A DNA stretch of 64,000 bases from Octopus vulgaris (GCA_951406725.2 OX597836.1:17174001-17238000); one strand, 5' to 3'; counted from the stretch's first letter, positions 41,397 to 56,432 are shown. The notes: generated by a model not told the origin, from the sequence alone. Program-made: numbers and translations.

Positions 41397-41575
41397 ACAC
41401 ACACGTATATATACATAGTAATACACACGTATATATACATAGTAATACACACGTATATATACATAGTAATACACACGTATATATACATAGTAATACACAC
41501 CTATATATACATAGTAATACACACGTATATATACATAGTAATACACACGTATATATACATAGTAATACACACGTA
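41397..41575. repeat. 24-bp minisatellite, ~7 copies
   Basis: ACACACGTATATATACATAGTAAT repeated (HSNTHVYI in the ORF track). Confidence 0.9.
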
Positions 41576-41657
41576 CACACTAACAAGCACATAAGCGCAT
41601 ATGCAAAGATGCATACACACATACTAAAGCAAATACACACACACACATACACACACA

Positions 41658-41740
<83 letters not shown>

Positions 41741-41746
41741 ACACAG

Positions 41747-41812
<66 letters not shown>

Positions 41813-41827
41813 ACACACATACACACA

Positions 41828-41880
<53 letters not shown>

Positions 41881-41897
41881 ACACACATACACACACA

Positions 41898-41976
<79 letters not shown>

Positions 41977-42098
41977 AGTCTCGTAATGTTGTACATTATC
42001 ACACACATACTTGCACACAGCCACACACATGAAATCACACACATACTAAACTAACATGCATACTGACACAAACATAAATACACAACCGCGCACATGCT

Positions 42099-42147
<49 letters not shown>

Positions 42148-42664
42148 GCACACGCACTAACAGAAGCAAATACACATGCACACACACACACAAACTCGCA
42201 CACACGTGCACAAACACACACGAATAGACACACATATAAACATACACACAGACAGACTGGCACACACACACACACTTACACAATCGCACACACACTAACA
42301 GAAACAAATACACATGCACACACACACAAACTCACACAAACTCGCACACACGTGCACAAACACACACGAATAGACACACACATAAACATACACACGACAG
42401 ACAGGCACACACACACATATATATACACCTCTCACACACATACAACATATGCCTATATATGTACGCTTCACACATACACGTACACACACGAATACATAAA
42501 CAAACATACACATCAACACGCACATTCATACACCCACGCAATAATAATTACACATGCACGCACACACATATGCACACACACACATACACACACATGCACA
42601 TGCGCATGCATACATGCATATGTAGAAACACGCATACGTACGCATACGCTCTCCTACGTGCATT

Positions 42665-42830
42665 GTGTATGGCAACGTGGTAAGAAGTTTGTTTCCCAGC
42701 CACACGGTTCCGGGTTCAGTCCCACTGCATGCCACTTCGGGTTTCTTTTACTACAACCTCGACCAACCAAAACCATGTGAGTGGATTTGTTAAAGGGAAA
42801 CTGAAAGAAGCTCGTCATATGTATGCATGT

Positions 42831-42883
<53 letters not shown>

Positions 42884-43085
42884 CCCCGTCCGTGTGTCTG
42901 TTTTTGTCTCCCACCACCGCTTGACAACGGTGTTGGTGTGTTTATGTCTAAGTACCAGGCTTTCAAAAATAAGCAGCGGGGTTTTCAAGGCGGTGTCCTA
43001 GCATGCCTGCTGTCTTCTACTGAAGTAAATGAGAGAATAAAGGAATAAAAGGATAAAGGAATAAAAGAATAAAGGAATAAAAGAA
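42665..43085 (+). mobile_element. Degenerate SINE A
   Basis: GGTTCCGGGTTCAGTCCCACTGC head; GCTTGACAAC body. Confidence 0.75.
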
Positions 43086-43291
43086 TGCATATACACACAG
43101 ACACACTAACGCACAAATACACAAGTGCGTGCACATGCGTGTACACACCTAGCGTGGACAGACACACGACTATGTACATGAAGGTTATAAACACACACAT
43201 ATACATACAAGTGCACTCGCACACAACATAGATATATATACATACATACGGACATAGATACACACACACACATATATATGTATGTATGTAC

Positions 43292-43321
<30 letters not shown>

Positions 43322-43324
<3 letters not shown>

Positions 43325-43633
43325 GAGGCGCAATGGCCCACTGGTTAGGGCAGCGGACTCGCGGTCGGAGGATCGCGGTTTCGATTCCCAGACCGGGCGT
43401 TGTGTGTGTTTATTGAGCGAAAACATCTAAAAGCTCCACGAGGCTCCGGCAGGGGGTGGTGGCGACCCCTGTTGTACTCTTTCGCCACAAATTTCTCTCA
43501 CTCTCTCTTCCTGTTTTTTGAGTAACGCTGCGATGGACTGGCGTCCCGTCCAGCTGGGGGTGGGGACACACATACTCCACAGAAACTGGGAATCCGGGCC
43601 CATGAGCCTGGCTAGGCTTGAAAAGGGAGCATA
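43322..43633 (+). mobile_element. SINE C head with tail type 2
   Basis: C head to ~43512, then CTGCGATGGACTGGCGTCCCGTCCAG...AGAAACTGGG. Confidence 0.85.
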
Positions 43634-43712
43634 ACAAAAAATACATATATATATATATACACGCATACGAACAAACACATATACCCCTCCCCCACACATA
43701 TATATACACATA

Positions 43713-44397
43713 CAGGCGCAGGCGTGGCTGTTTGGCAAGTTTGCTTCCAAACCACATGGTCCGGGGTTCAGTCCTACTGCGTGGTACCTTGGGCAAATGT
43801 CTTCTACTATAACTGCGGGCCGATCAAAACCTTTGGTAGTCGTCGTATATATATGTGTGCGTGTATCTCTCTTTGTTTGTGTTTGTTCCCCACCTCCGCT
43901 TGACAACCGGTGGTGGTGTGTTGACGTCTCCGTAACATAATGGTTCGGCAAAAGAAAACCGAAAGTACAAGGCTTAAGACAAAAAAAAAGTACTAGAGTC
44001 GATACATTCGGCTAAAATTTCTTCGAGGCGGTACCCCAGCAAGGCCGCGGTCTAAGGCGTAGGAGTGGCTGTGTGGTAAGTAGCTTGCTTACTAACTACA
44101 TGGTTCCGGGTTCAGTCCCACTGCGTGGCACCTTGGGCAAGTGTCTTCTACTATAGCCTCGGGCCGACCAAAGATTTGGTAGACGGAAACTGAAAGAAGC
44201 CCGTCGTATATATGTATATATATATATATGTGTGTGTGTTTGTGTGTCTGTGTTTGTCTCCCTAGCATTGCTTGACAACCGATGCTGGTGTGTTTACCTC
44301 CCCGTCGTTGCTTGACAACCGATTTGCTCGACTAAAGGCGGTGCTCCAGCGTGGCCACAGTCAAATGAGTGAAACAAGTAAAAGAAAGTAAAAGAAG
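43713..44397 (+). mobile_element. Two SINE A copies (older 43713-44055; younger 44056-44397)
   Basis: Two heads and two bodies in tandem. Confidence 0.85.
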
Positions 44398-44431
44398 AAT
44401 ATATATATATATATGTGTGTGTGTATATAAT

Positions 44432-44850
<419 letters not shown>

Positions 44851-44905
44851 CGTACATAGATACATACATGCATATGCATATATATACATACAAACATATA
44901 TATAT

Positions 44906-44954
<49 letters not shown>

Positions 44955-45271
44955 TATGTATATATATGTATATATATATATATATATATGTATACATATA
45001 CATATATATATATATACGTATATGTGTGTGTGTATATATATGTGTGTGTGTGTGTGTTTGTGTATGTATATTTACGTGCCTGCTTGTGTGTGCATGTGTT
45101 GGACTCCTAGGTGGACAGCAGTGGAAACAGGGATGTTACGCTACAGTCCAGAAGTTGGACATTCCCAGCAGCGAGCGGAACTGACGGAGAATACCCACAT
45201 CAGTTGTAATCTCCCGTCGTCAGCTGATGAAAGGAAAGCCCTCTCGTTGCAAAATACATCTAGATAATGTA

Positions 45272-45350
<79 letters not shown>

Positions 45351-45380
45351 GTGTGTGTATATGTATGTATATATATGTGT

Positions 45381-45684
45381 GTGGAGGTGCAATGGCCCAG
45401 TGGTTAAGGCAGCGGACTCGCGGTCGTAGGATCGCGGTTTCGATTCCCAGACCGGGCGTTGTGAGTGTTTATTGAGCGAAAACACCTAAAAGCTCCACGA
45501 GGCTCCGGCAGGGGGTGGTGGCGATCCCTGCTGTACTCTTTCGCCACAACTTTCTCTCACTCTTTCTTCTGTTGGCCTTCTCGCTTAACCAGCGGGGTGG
45601 CGTCATTTGAAGGCTAAAACAATGCGAACACATTGTGACCAGCAATGTGTAGCAACATATGATAGCCTGGTCGGTCACGGTGAT
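45381..45684 (+). mobile_element. SINE C, tail type 1
   Basis: Matches the 17719 copy. Confidence 0.9.
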
Positions 45685-45697
45685 ATATATATATATT

Positions 45698-45915
45698 CAG
45701 TAAAAGCAATTAAGATTCAAGTGAGTTCCACTGAATTCACATGAATGCGGTACTTAACTTAGATGCACCAGAAATCTATATGGTATTAACCATAAAATAA
45801 TGTGGGGTGATTATAAACAAGAAAAAAGCAACAAGAATGGATTTTATAAAGCTGTTCTTCGTATGAAACAATTGTACTGAGCAACTAATCCATTCTTGTT
45901 GCTTTTTTGGCTTGT
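45698..45915 (-). mobile_element. Family P1, truncated copy with short inverted arm
   Basis: Reverse complement of the 10975-11117 tail, then forward GAAACAATTGTAC...ATCCATTCTTGTTGC. Confidence 0.8.
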
Positions 45916-45935
45916 ATATATATATATATATATAG

Positions 45936-45979
<44 letters not shown>

Positions 45980-45989
45980 CGGTTCGGCA

Positions 45990-46360
45990 TATATACACAT
46001 TGCCACTCCTCGAATTCCGCTGCCCCTGTGGTCTCCCCATACAAAACAAAACATTTCGAAAATTGAATCACCCCAGAGGTCATTCACTAAAAGAATCAAG
46101 GACATGGTTGATCTCGGTTATTGGGACCACCTTAAAGCATTGACACTCTTTTCTCTCTAGCACCGCCGTGAGCGGATACATCATTTGCACAATGTGGAGA
46201 ATATACCACCAGCACTGGTCATACGTCCCCTACCCAATTGAGGATCACAACACATAAATACACGGCAACACAATATCGTTTCCTCAACAACAATATCGTT
46301 CCCTGCCCTATTTAACATTGTCTCGCTACAGATCAAAGAGGAAAAGGTGCTTATTTTATT
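45990..46360 (+). mobile_element. CR1-like LINE RT C-terminal fragment
   Basis: WSPHTKQNISKIESPQRSFTKRIKDMVDLGYWDHLKALTLFSL*HRRER. Confidence 0.75.
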
Positions 46361-46863
46361 TTTAAAGTCCAGCAACTAAATCTATCGGTGTGTTTTGCCG
46401 AACCGCTATATCACGGAGACGTTAACCCACCAACAGCGGATGTCAAGCGGTGGTGAAAGGATAAACACAAAAACACTCACTCACGTGTGTGTGTGTTTGT
46501 GTATATATAAATATATATGTCCTGTTACTATTTTTATTGTATATTTTTATTGTATGTATATTTGTGTAACATTGTCCATTTTTTTCCGTCCTTGTTTTCG
46601 TATACATTCGTTGCTTTCTTCCAAGGAATCTAATGCTCTTAACTTAGTTTTTCCTTGGGGCTGGCCAGATTGGAGCAATCTCAGGAATAATCAGCCGAAA
46701 TTGCGAGGACAATCTGGTGCTTGACTGAGGAAAGAAGACTTCGAATGACCCGTCCTTGTTTTCTTTGTATCGCCTATCTGGATGTTTTGTTGACCCTTTC
46801 TTGTATCACCTAACTGTCCGGATGTTTTGCGTTCTTGTCCCATTTTGTATTATATATATATAT

Positions 46864-47240
46864 GAGTGGCTGTGTGGTAAGTAGCTTGCTAACCAATCAC
46901 ATGGTTCCGGGTTCAGTCCCACTGCGTGGCATCTTGGGCAAGTGTCTTCTGCTATAGCCCCGGGCCGACCAATGCCTTGTGAGTGGATTTGGTAGACGGA
47001 AACTGAAAGAAGCCTGTCGTATATATGTATATATATGTATGTGTGTATGTGTTTGTCCCCCTAGCATTGCTTGACAACCGATGCTGGTGTGTTTACGTCC
47101 CTGTCACTTAGCGGTTCGGCAAAAGAGACCGATAGAATAAGTACTGGGCTTACAAAGAATAAGTCCCGGGGTCAATTTGCTCGACTAAAGGCGGTGCTCC
47201 AGCATGGCCGCAGTCAAATGACCGAAACATGTAAAAAAAA
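46864..47240 (+). mobile_element. SINE A, full length
   Basis: Head, internal (TA/TG)n and tail. Confidence 0.9.
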
Positions 47241-47241
47241 A

Positions 47242-47308
<67 letters not shown>

Positions 47309-47759
47309 GAAGGCTTTGATCGGCCGTAGGATATAGTAGAAGACACTTGCGTATGGTGCCACACAGTGAGTTTGAACCGAGGACCTTGTGGGTTGGGATG
47401 CAAGCTTCTCGCAACGCAGCCACACCTATTCTCCATCAGAAGCACTGACTGCTTCTTCAGTGTGATGCAAATATCTTTCTTGCTTTTCTTCTTCTTCTTT
47501 TTTTTTATTCATTTTGTTTTTCAATAATGTTTGAGTGTTTTATTCGACATTAATTCCGTTTTATAAAGAATTAAATTAATTCAATGAATTAATATCAGTC
47601 AGGACACAGAAAAAAATAATAACTTGCAAAAGACTTGCTCTTTCAACTTAGGAAACGATTGAAGACATCAAATGGACGAAAATAAATTGATAGCAAAAAT
47701 TAAAAAAATTAAAAGGAAAATAAGCGAAGAAAAGAAAACAACAAATAAACAAACATTAA

Positions 47760-47883
<124 letters not shown>

Positions 47884-47951
47884 AATCAATCAATCTATCT
47901 ATCTGTCTGTCTGTCCGTCTCTCTCTCTCTCTATCTAAATATATACATGTA

Positions 47952-47983
<32 letters not shown>

Positions 47984-48009
47984 ATACATATATATATATA
48001 TATATATGA

Positions 48010-48040
<31 letters not shown>

Positions 48041-48355
48041 AAGGGGGATCAGCCATCTGAATGTGGATAGGGTCAGGGCGGGGTGGTGGGCGTGTTACTG
48101 ATGCATTTAGCCCCAGTGTGTATGTGTGTGTGTATGTGTGTGTGTGTATGCGCCTGTCTATGTATGTATAACACACATTATTTGTAGAAAATAACAAATG
48201 TATAGTAAAAGTGTATTTAAATGTCCATGCATGCACATACATGTATATTATTTGTATAACACACACACACATGCGAATACATAATTCTACACACACACGT
48301 GTTCTTGTGCGCGCACGCAAGTGAGTGCGTGTTAACGCGCGCATGTGTGTATGCG

Positions 48356-48399
<44 letters not shown>

Positions 48400-48963
48400 A
48401 ATGTGTGTGTGTGTGTGTTTATGTCTTTTGGAATCCGTTTACTGGAAACTCTTCGGGGAAGATCGTTTACGATAACAAAAGCCAGCTGCTATAATTAAAT
48501 TTCAACTCACTAATTCTTATAACAATAACCAGATGATAACATTATCCGTGATTTTATTAACCTGGTTACTAAAATATATGTATATACATATATATGTGTG
48601 TATATATATATATATATGTATATACACATATGCAAATCCTAACACACACACATACACACACACACGCAGACAAACGCATACATACACACATACACATGCG
48701 GAAACTCGCATATTTCTATGCACACAAACACACGCGCATATATTTATACACACAAACACATACATACACACACACATATATCTATGCACACAAGCACATA
48801 CATACATACATTCACGCAAACACACACACACACACTTACACACACGTATATATCTATATACACGCACACACACGCATATATCTATGCACACAAACACTTA
48901 CACACATAAAAACATGCATACACGCAAACACAACGCGCCCACGTGTTTATATCTATGCACACA

Positions 48964-49003
<40 letters not shown>

Positions 49004-49288
49004 AATACACACACACACACACACTCACGCTCTCGACAGCCAATGCCACAGATGGCGTCTCTATATGGTCATCTGACCAGCTAGAAACAATAGCCAAATA
49101 CGCCACACTTCGTATTCTACCTAACAACTTAGTACTGGGAGTTTCGTGTGATAATGGGGTTCCTTCTGAAAGGGGGAAAGAAGTGGTCTCAGAATAGATG
49201 GTCACGTCTGGATTATGTTAGGTCAGAAAATCTGTATGGTTATAGGTATCCTGGGGCTAAACAACAACTACACCAGGAAAACCTGCAG

Positions 49289-50027
49289 CATCACCACCAC
49301 CAGCACCAGCACCAGCACCAGCACCACCACCACCACCACCACTACCACCAACACCACCAGCACCAACACTGCCACCACCACCACTACCACCACCAGCACC
49401 AACACCACCAGCACCAACACCAGCACCAGCACCACCACCATCACCACTACCACCACCACCACCACCACCACCATCACCACTACCACCACCACCACCACCA
49501 CCACCACCACCACCACCACCACCACCACCACCACCACCACCACCACCACCACCACCACCACCACCACCACCACCACCACCACCACCACCACCACCACCAC
49601 CACCACCACCACTACCACCAACACCACCAGCACCAACACCACCACCACTACCACCACCAGCACCAACACCAGCACCAGCACCAGCACCACCAGCACCACC
49701 ACTACCACCACCACCACCACCACCACCACCACCACCACCACCAGCACCAACACCAACACCACCACCACTACCACCACCAGCACCAACACCAGCACCAGCA
49801 CCAGCACCACCAGCACCACCACTACCACCACCACCACCACCACCACCACCACCACTACCACCAACACCACCAGCACCAACACCGCCACCACCACCACTAC
49901 CACCACCAGCACCAACACCAGCACCAGCACCAGCACCACCAGCACCACCACTACCACCACCACCACTACCACCACCAGCACCAACACCAGCACCAGCACC
50001 AGCACCAGCACCAGCACCAGCACCAGC
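49289..50027. repeat. (CAC/CAG/CAA/TAC)n trinucleotide array with higher-order periodicity
   Basis: Direct read; poly-H/T/G/V ORFs. Confidence 0.95.
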
Positions 50028-50076
50028 ACACATACATTCAAGCCTATACATACACATGTATTCAATCAATATACAT

Positions 50077-50287
50077 ACTCTTTACTCTTTTACTTGTTTC
50101 AGTCATTTGACTGCGGCCATGCTGGAGCACCGCCTTTAGTCGAGCAAATCGACCCTGGGACTTATTCTTTGTAAGCCCAGTACTTATTCTATCGGTCTCT
50201 TTTGCCGAACCGCTAAGTGACGGGGACGTAAACACACCAGCATCGGTTGTCAAGCAATGCTAGGGGGACAAACACAGACACACAAAC

Positions 50288-50332
<45 letters not shown>

Positions 50333-50490
50333 CGACGGGCTTCTTTCAGTTTCCGTCTACCAAATCCACTCACAAGGCATTGGTCGGGGCTATAGCAGAA
50401 GACACTTGCCCAAGATGCCACGCAGTGGGATTGAACCCGGGACCATGTGGTTGGTTAGCAAGCTACTTATCACACAGCCACTCCCGCGCC
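50077..50490 (-). mobile_element. SINE A, full length
   Basis: Reverse complement of the A consensus. Confidence 0.9.
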
Positions 50491-50542
50491 TATCATTCAT
50501 ATATACATACATACATACATACGTACATACATACACACACAA

Positions 50543-50596
<54 letters not shown>

Positions 50597-50729
50597 GTGT
50601 GTGTGTGTGTGCCTCATACATTCACATAAACCTACGTAACATACGTATATATATATGTGTGTGTGTATTTGTATGTATATATGCACCCTATCTTACACTT
50701 ACGCGCATAGTCTATAACGTAAGCATATA

Positions 50730-50781
<52 letters not shown>

Positions 50782-51043
50782 TCATACATTCCTGGCTGGT
50801 CATATCGCTGGTAAATACCTTACATGACTAACATAGTATATAGGACAGACAGACTTCAGTTGAGGGCAGATGAGAAGTGCGCTTAGCTGTCAAAACAGCC
50901 ACCCCAACATAGCTCACATCCATCCATGCATCCATCCGCCTTCCCGCACGCATGTATGTACTTGTCTATATGAATGTATGTTTGTATGTGTATGCGTGTG
51001 CATGTAAGCGTGTCGAATTCAATAAATAACGTATTTAGTTACA

Positions 51044-51932
51044 TCTATATATATAAAACTGTAGTTGTGTGAGTGTCTGTCCCCTTCGATTTAGATTCCT
51101 AACTACTCCCACATTTTGCGGTGCAGTTTAACCAAATTCGGGTATCTTATAGTCGTGATTCATATCGAGCCCGTCTGAGTATTAGCGCGCGTCTACGATG
51201 AGTCTACGATTTTAAAAATAATTTAACATCATTTTTTATTCCATTTTAATGCATAATTTTTCGTGTGTCGATGGCGGCGGAGTTGGCGTCCATGGTCACA
51301 CCTGCACCTGTTTGCTTCTCCCCTTCTTCCCTCCCTCGTGAAGCTGTGGGGAAGGGAGTGTAAGGAAATCAACGTCGTAAAGCGTTGTCAAGGAGACCAG
51401 CGTTCTTTTAGAACAACGACTTCATGGCTTGAAGATACCAAAACAGAAATGGCTAAGAAAGCCCGAATTGGCATCTATAAGGGAAGTAACTCTCTAAAAA
51501 TGATTATATAGTTATTTCCCTTACAAACCCGAGCAACGCCGGGCGATACTGCTAGTCTATATATATAAAGCTGAAGTTGTCTGTGTATGGCAGGTTTGGT
51601 AGCCTTCAACTAACACTATCTCCTCTGAGACCCTGCGGCGCAAGTTGACCAAAATTGAAAGTATGATAGAAGAAGGCTTACTCTTCCTTCCGTAAATCGG
51701 TCCATGTTAAGACCAAAAAGTATTTACACCAAAAAGGTGCTTTTTTTCTATGAAGATCCCTATTTTTAAAGATTTTTTGACTGCTGTGTCGCCATTTTTC
51801 GGTGTATTTCAACCAGAAAAATGTTCAGTTAAAGAGAATAACAAACTACATAAAGCAAAATATTTTACTTTTAAAAAATTCCAATTGTAAAGGGTCGAAA
51901 CAAACCCGAACAACGCCGGGCGATACTGCTAG
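51044..51932 (+). mobile_element. Two different non-autonomous Helitrons head-to-tail (51044-51555, 51556-51932)
   Basis: A|TC start; CTAG|TC junction; CTAG|T end; both carry the CCCGA.CAACGCCGGG hairpin; the second matches the 33515 family. Confidence 0.85.
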
Positions 51933-51952
51933 TATATATATACGTATATGTG

Positions 51953-52320
51953 TGTGGCTGTGTGGTAAGTAGCTTGTTTACCACCCACATGGTTCCGGGT
52001 TCAGTCCCACTGCGTTGCACCTTGGGCAAGTGTCTTCTATTATAGCCTTGAGCCGACCAAAGCTTTGATTTGGTAGACGGAAACTGAATGAAGCCTGTCG
52101 TATATATATATATGTATGTGTGTGTGTGTGTGTGTGCGCGCGCGCGCGTGTGTTTGTGTGTCTATGTTTACGTCCCGTAATCTAGCGGTTCGGCAAAACA
52201 GACTGATAGAATAAGTACTAGGCTTACAAAAGAATAAGTCCTAGGATCGATTTGTTCGACTAAAGGTGGTGTTCCAGCATGGCCGCAGTCAAATGACTGA
52301 AACAAGTAAAAGAATAAAGA
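51953..52320 (+). mobile_element. SINE A
   Basis: Head, internal microsatellite and tail. Confidence 0.9.
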
Positions 52321-52339
52321 ATATATATATATATATAAA

Positions 52340-52680
52340 GTATAGTAGCCATCTTATCATGGCTAACCACATTGGGGAGGGGGTGTTACTGTAGCTTTAT
52401 AGCCCCAAGAGATCGTCGTCTCTAGCTGGCTTTAGACACCATATCAGTGCCCTTGGAGTATTTGCAAAGGGAGGCCATCCCTTCCTCGCAAGCCTGAGTG
52501 ATACGCTCGGACTAGTTTCGGGATTTTTGTCCCTTGTCAACGGGCGGTAACCACCAGATCGCGATGAAAGTGAAGGCTGCTTTGCAAATATATAAGTTTT
52601 TCTAGTGGCGTCTGCCACTGATGTCGAAAAACTATCAATCCGTCTATCGATCGCTCGATCGTTCGATCTCACTGTTTTCT
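52340..52680. mobile_element. Family P3-related element with a decayed hammerhead on the minus strand (52506-52544)
   Basis: 52384-52470 aligns with 11250-11346; minus strand reads CCCG-TTGACAA-GGGAcaaaaaTCCC-GAAAC-TA-GTC-CGAG. Confidence 0.5.
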
Positions 52681-52837
52681 ACCGTTGGATACACACACAC
52701 ATCAACGTAAATATCGAACAATGAGAATGAAAGATCAACACTACACACATATATATATATATATGCATGTACAAATGTATGTATATGTGTTTTTGTATGT
52801 ATATAAACACATCCATATATTCATATACATAAACACA

Positions 52838-52900
<63 letters not shown>

Positions 52901-53270
52901 TTCTCTGTGTGCATGTATGTGTCTGCGTGTATATACGTGCATCCATATATTTACACACACACACACACACATACACGCGCGCGATAAATGCGCACTTTAT
53001 ACTACAAAATGGAGATGAAGCGAAACAAAGAAACAAAAGTGTTCACCGACAATAAGCCGTCAATCCGTTATTAAAAACAATCTTCTTACGTCTGCAAAAA
53101 CCATGCAACGTTTTGCAATGCTGACGGCAATGGTTTCACAAGAGCTTTGATATCTTAAAAAGGATTCTTTCCCGAGTTAATTCCCCAAATACAAGATGTA
53201 TTTTAGTGGTAACTACATGGCTCCTGGTTCAATCCTACTGTGTGGCATCTTGAGCCTATTGCATATATAT

Positions 53271-53507
53271 ATACTTAATAATTAGGGTTCAGCAAAGATT
53301 CGCTTTACCACATACCGAAGTTTAGAAATAGCATCCAAAAAACCTTAGCCATTTCTTCTTTCTAAACTTCGGTATGTGGTAAAGCAAATCTTTTCTGAAC
53401 CCTAATTATTAAGTATTACTTAAGTTTACCGTGAAATGGTCCTTTTTTCATACCAAATTCTACTTGGTGAAATTATTGATTACTTCTTAATTAATTTTAC
53501 CCTTTGT

Positions 53508-53510
<3 letters not shown>
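53271..53510. repeat. Inverted repeat (~57-bp arms, 53271-53416) plus tail, in (TA)n
   Basis: ATACTTAATAATTAGGGTTCAG...TTTAGAAA / TTTCTAAA...CTGAACCCTAATTATTAAGTAT. Confidence 0.85.
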
Positions 53511-53541
<31 letters not shown>

Positions 53542-54551
53542 TGAGAGAGAGAGAGAGGGACATATATTTATATAAATACACACACTTACACACACTCTAA
53601 CACACTCATATATGTATTTGTGCATGTGTGTAAGTATACGTGTGTTTGTGTTGGTGTCTCACCGCCGCTTTTAACTGGTGATGGTTTGTTTACATCCCCG
53701 TAACATAATGTCAAAAGGGACTGATAGAATAAGTATCATGTTTTAAAAAAGTAAGCACTGTGGGAGTTTCGTTTGAGTAAAACCCGTCATGGTCGTGCCC
53801 CAGCATTCTGTGGTCCCATTTCATTAAAATGAAAGATAAAACAAGCACACTTACACACACACGCACACACTCTAACAAACACACCCACACACGTCCACAC
53901 ATGCACGCATATATATGTATTTATGTATGTATGTATGTATGTATGTATGTATGTATGTATGTATGTATGTGTATATATATATATATATATATATGCATAT
54001 TCGTTGACACACGCACGTGTGCACGCGCGCGAGTACACATACTTCAATCTTGAATATCCGTCGGTTTGGTCTAAGATTCCTAGTTGTTCAATGAAACGAA
54101 CCACCAAATCATTCTATTTGTGTATAATGGTTGAGTATTCCATAGACACGCGTGCTCTTAACATAATCCTCAGCAGTGATTGTATGACACTGTGGGCTTC
54201 TACAGTTTCTACACGACTACTCAGGGACATACAGTCAGTTTGGTCTTTATATTCCAGTTACAACCGAAAAGATACAGCCCTAGAATTCACTGAGGTATAT
54301 ATATAGATGATGGGTTAGGTATATCGCAGCATACCTCTGGATATACATTAGATATACTTAATATGATCTGTAGTTTCGGTCTAATGATAATTATCTTCGA
54401 GAATCTAAATATTGTGATTTTATTGCACGTTATCCTGAACTTAACGACAGGAAAGCATAGACTCCCGTCGGAAACTTAATGAAAAATCCATATATTTATG
54501 TAAAGATTCCTGTTATTCGTCTATAATTTTCAATGTTCTGATTAATTACCT

Positions 54552-54761
54552 ATTTCTTTATTACCCACAAGGGGCTAAACATAGAGGGGACAAACAAGGA
54601 CTGACATAGGTATTAAGTCGATTACATCGACCCCAGTGCGTAACTGGTACTTAATTTATCGACCCTGAAAGGATGAAAGGCAAAGTCGACCTCGGCGGAA
54701 TTTGAACTCAGAACGCAACGGCAGATGAAATTCGGCTAAGCATTTCGCCCGGCGCGCTAAC
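54552..54761 (-). mobile_element. SINE B with 17-bp TSD
   Basis: TSD GTTCTGATTAATTACCT at 54535-54551 and 54762-54778. Confidence 0.9.
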
Positions 54762-54859
54762 GTTCTGATTAATTACCTTTTACTTGTTACGGTCATTGGA
54801 CTGCGGCCGCGCTGGGACATCGCTTTGGAGTGTATTAGCCGAACAAATTGACTTTAGGG

Positions 54860-55770
54860 CTTTAGCATCACCTTTCGTCACCAGTGATGACCTTCGAAAA
54901 ATGGTCCGCATCAACTTCCAACTGTTCTTTCAGTTCACGATAAACGTTCAGTTATGACTGCTTCCTATCTTCCGTGAGCAAGAGAGGCACAAATTTTGCT
55001 GCAACTCTTTTCACTCGCAATTCCTCGCTCAAAATTCGTAGCAGGATCTCCAGGACACACCGGTCATATCAACAAACTTGTCATTTGTTTGGTAACGGTC
55101 CTCCAAGATCAGTTCTCTCTTTACTCTTTTACTTGTTTCAGTCATTTGACTGCGGCCATGCTGGAGCACCGCCTTTAGTCGAGCAACTCGACCCCGGGAC
55201 TTATTCTTTTGTAAGCCCAGTACTTATTCTATCGGTCTCTTTTGCCGAACCGCTAAGTGACGGGGACGTAAACACACCAGCATCGGTTGTCAAGCAATGC
55301 TTGGGGGACAAACACAGACACACAAACATATATATATATACATATATACGACAGGCTTCTTTCAGTTTCCGTCTACCAAATCCACTCACAAGGCATTGGT
55401 GGGCCCGGGGCTATAGCAGAAGACACTTGCCTAAGATGCCACGCAGTGGGACTGAACCCGGAACAATGTGGTTGGTTAGCAAGCTACTTATCACACAGCC
55501 ACTCCTGCGCCTGAATTTTCATGACGTTTTCATTCGTTGACCGTCGTTATGAACGAAGTAGGTTTTCAAGCGATAAGTGACCATTCTTTAAAAGGTGGAA
55601 ACCACCCGTAAACTTGTGTTTTACTCATGGCAATGCCCTTGTGAGCTGTTTGAGGTATGACAATTGTTTCAACTGCCGTTTTCCGCGACAGAAAACCGAA
55701 TTTCACGGAAGCAATGCATTGGTCCAGATGCGTTTTCCATTGTTCGAAACAATCCTGGAACTCCTGCAAA
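54860..55770 (-). mobile_element. Mariner transposase pseudogene fragment interrupted by SINE A
   Basis: VKF..RKTAVET..AMSKTQVYGWF..FK (HTH); RELILEDR; ILSEELRVKRVAAKFVPLLLT; KVITGDE (first catalytic D). Confidence 0.85.
55117..55512 (-). mobile_element. SINE A, full length
   Basis: Reverse complement of the A consensus. Confidence 0.9.
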
Positions 55771-56086
55771 ATGATGCAAAAGCAGTCTTACAATGAAGGC
55801 GACGTGCGCATGCGCTTTGTCATGATGGAACCACCATTCTCGACTTTGCTACAGCTCGAGGCATTTTAGTCTCACCGCGTCTCGCAAATGCTTCAGAACA
55901 AAGAAATTTATTACATTTTAAACAAAATGAAAACATAAAACCAGGAAGAATACAGTGTACCATTATAGTTAAAAAGATATAGTTATAAAAATAGATAGTT
56001 ATAAAAAATATAGTTAGCCATAGATTAATATAAATAATAATAATAATAATGCAGACGTAGCCATGCGAAAGTACGAAAAAATATCT

Positions 56087-56145
<59 letters not shown>

Positions 56146-56147
<2 letters not shown>

Positions 56148-56432
56148 CAAAAAATAAGCAACAAGAATGGATCAGTAGTTTAGTACAATTGTTTTATACT
56201 ATAAACATTTTATTAAAGCTGCAAAAATTACAGCAAATATTACAGCAAATTTTTGCTGCTTTAATAAAATGTTTATTGTATGAAACAATTGTACTAACCT
56301 ACTGATCCATTCTTGTTGCTTATTTTTTGGTTTTACTCACCCCACATAATTTTATGGGTAATACCATAAAAAAATTCTGGTGCATCTAAGTTAAGTACCA
56401 TATTCATTTGAATCTAAATTGTTTTGCTGAAA
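56146..56432 (+). mobile_element. Family P1 relative: ~80-bp inverted arms plus tail
   Basis: AGCAACAAGAATGGATC...GTACAATTGTTT / GAAACAATTGTAC...GATCCATTCTTGTTGCT; tail TTCTGGTGCATCTAAGTTAAGTACC. Confidence 0.8.

Noticed and set aside
41397-41575. CRISPR-like regular repeat (also the SINE B and Helitron arrays)
   Set aside because: Contiguous tandem units with no unique spacers and no cas genes, in eukaryotic context
46720-46760. CTGAGGA...CGAAT hammerhead-like string
   Set aside because: GAAA core absent and stems unconvincing
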